44,571 bases of DNA, taken from the IMG/VR virus record IMGVR_UViG_3300031555_002573, positions 1 to 44,571 of that record; one strand, written 5' to 3'. Each line of letters starts with the position of its first letter. The stretch's first letter is position 1. This stretch comes from a virus (taxonomy: Duplodnaviria > Heunggongvirae > Uroviricota > Caudoviricetes). Position numbers and translations under genes: made by a program. This document shows positions 44,462-44,571 of the stretch, piece after piece. The notes under the pieces are model-generated. The model did no database searches. It was not told where the DNA came from and saw only the letters and a program-made list of their open reading frames with translations.

Positions 44462-44571
44462 TGAATTTAATCATACGAGGCAAAATAATTGATGCCCCAA
44501 TAATGATGATTTTGACAACTCTTAAAAGTGAACTACATAATGGATTACTACGAGACATAGAAAGAGAAAAT
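44461..44571 (+). CDS. 5' end of the next gene (MNLIIRGKIIDAP...), possibly DNA primase; truncated by the window edge
   Basis: ATG overlaps the dnaB TAA; GGAGAGGA SD upstream; frame open to the end. Primase is inferred from gene order only. Confidence 0.4.
   Translation, partial: MNLIIRGKIIDAPIMMILTTLKSELHNGLLRDIEREN

Noticed and set aside
456..44558. Numerous 60-135 aa minus-strand ORFs and short alternative-frame plus-strand ORFs (12703, 15143, 23948)
   Set aside because: Nearly all lie within or across long plus-strand genes, have no clear SD, and look like antisense or shifted shadows of biased codons.
1..44571. Stop-codon reassignment (code 15 or 4), as in some gut phages
   Set aside because: Standard code gives full-length genes at high density, and TAA, TAG and TGA all end genes at sensible places.
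1..44571. tRNA, rRNA, integrase or IS elements
   Set aside because: Intergenic gaps are short and AT-rich with no cloverleaf-like sequence; no recombinase or transposase motifs in any ORF.

Overview
This is an AT-rich, essentially all plus-strand segment of a large tailed phage with a contractile tail (myovirus morphotype). Its virion module resembles T4. The host is probably a low-GC Gram-positive bacterium, judged from strong AGGAG Shine-Dalgarno sites, a perfect sigmaA promoter and an LL-H-type holin. Gene order: fibre/adhesin genes, holin-like genes, an ADP-ribosyltransferase-like ORF, large terminase, portal, fused prohead protease-scaffold, major capsid protein, neck genes interleaved with large non-canonical ORFs, sheath, tube, a SWIM protein, hub chaperone, tape measure, baseplate, SNF2 helicase, then a sigmaA-driven operon (sigma-like protein, initiator-like protein, DnaC-like loader, DnaB, probable primase start). 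Five signals stand out. (1) A 793-aa head-region protein carries three unrelated cassettes that each open with (L/I)xE-GIF, matching the prohead-protease site that recurs in the scaffold; this suggests a protease-released cargo polyprotein. (2) An intergenic TATTGTATA motif recurs at near-constant spacing before genes, together with a candidate phage sigma factor. (3) A structured AT-rich locus with an ORF-less antisense sigmaA promoter is a candidate origin. (4) A +1/-2 frameshift is likely just before the tape measure gene. (5) GATC appears to be avoided. All functional calls come from recognising motifs and gene order by eye; no database searches were run.
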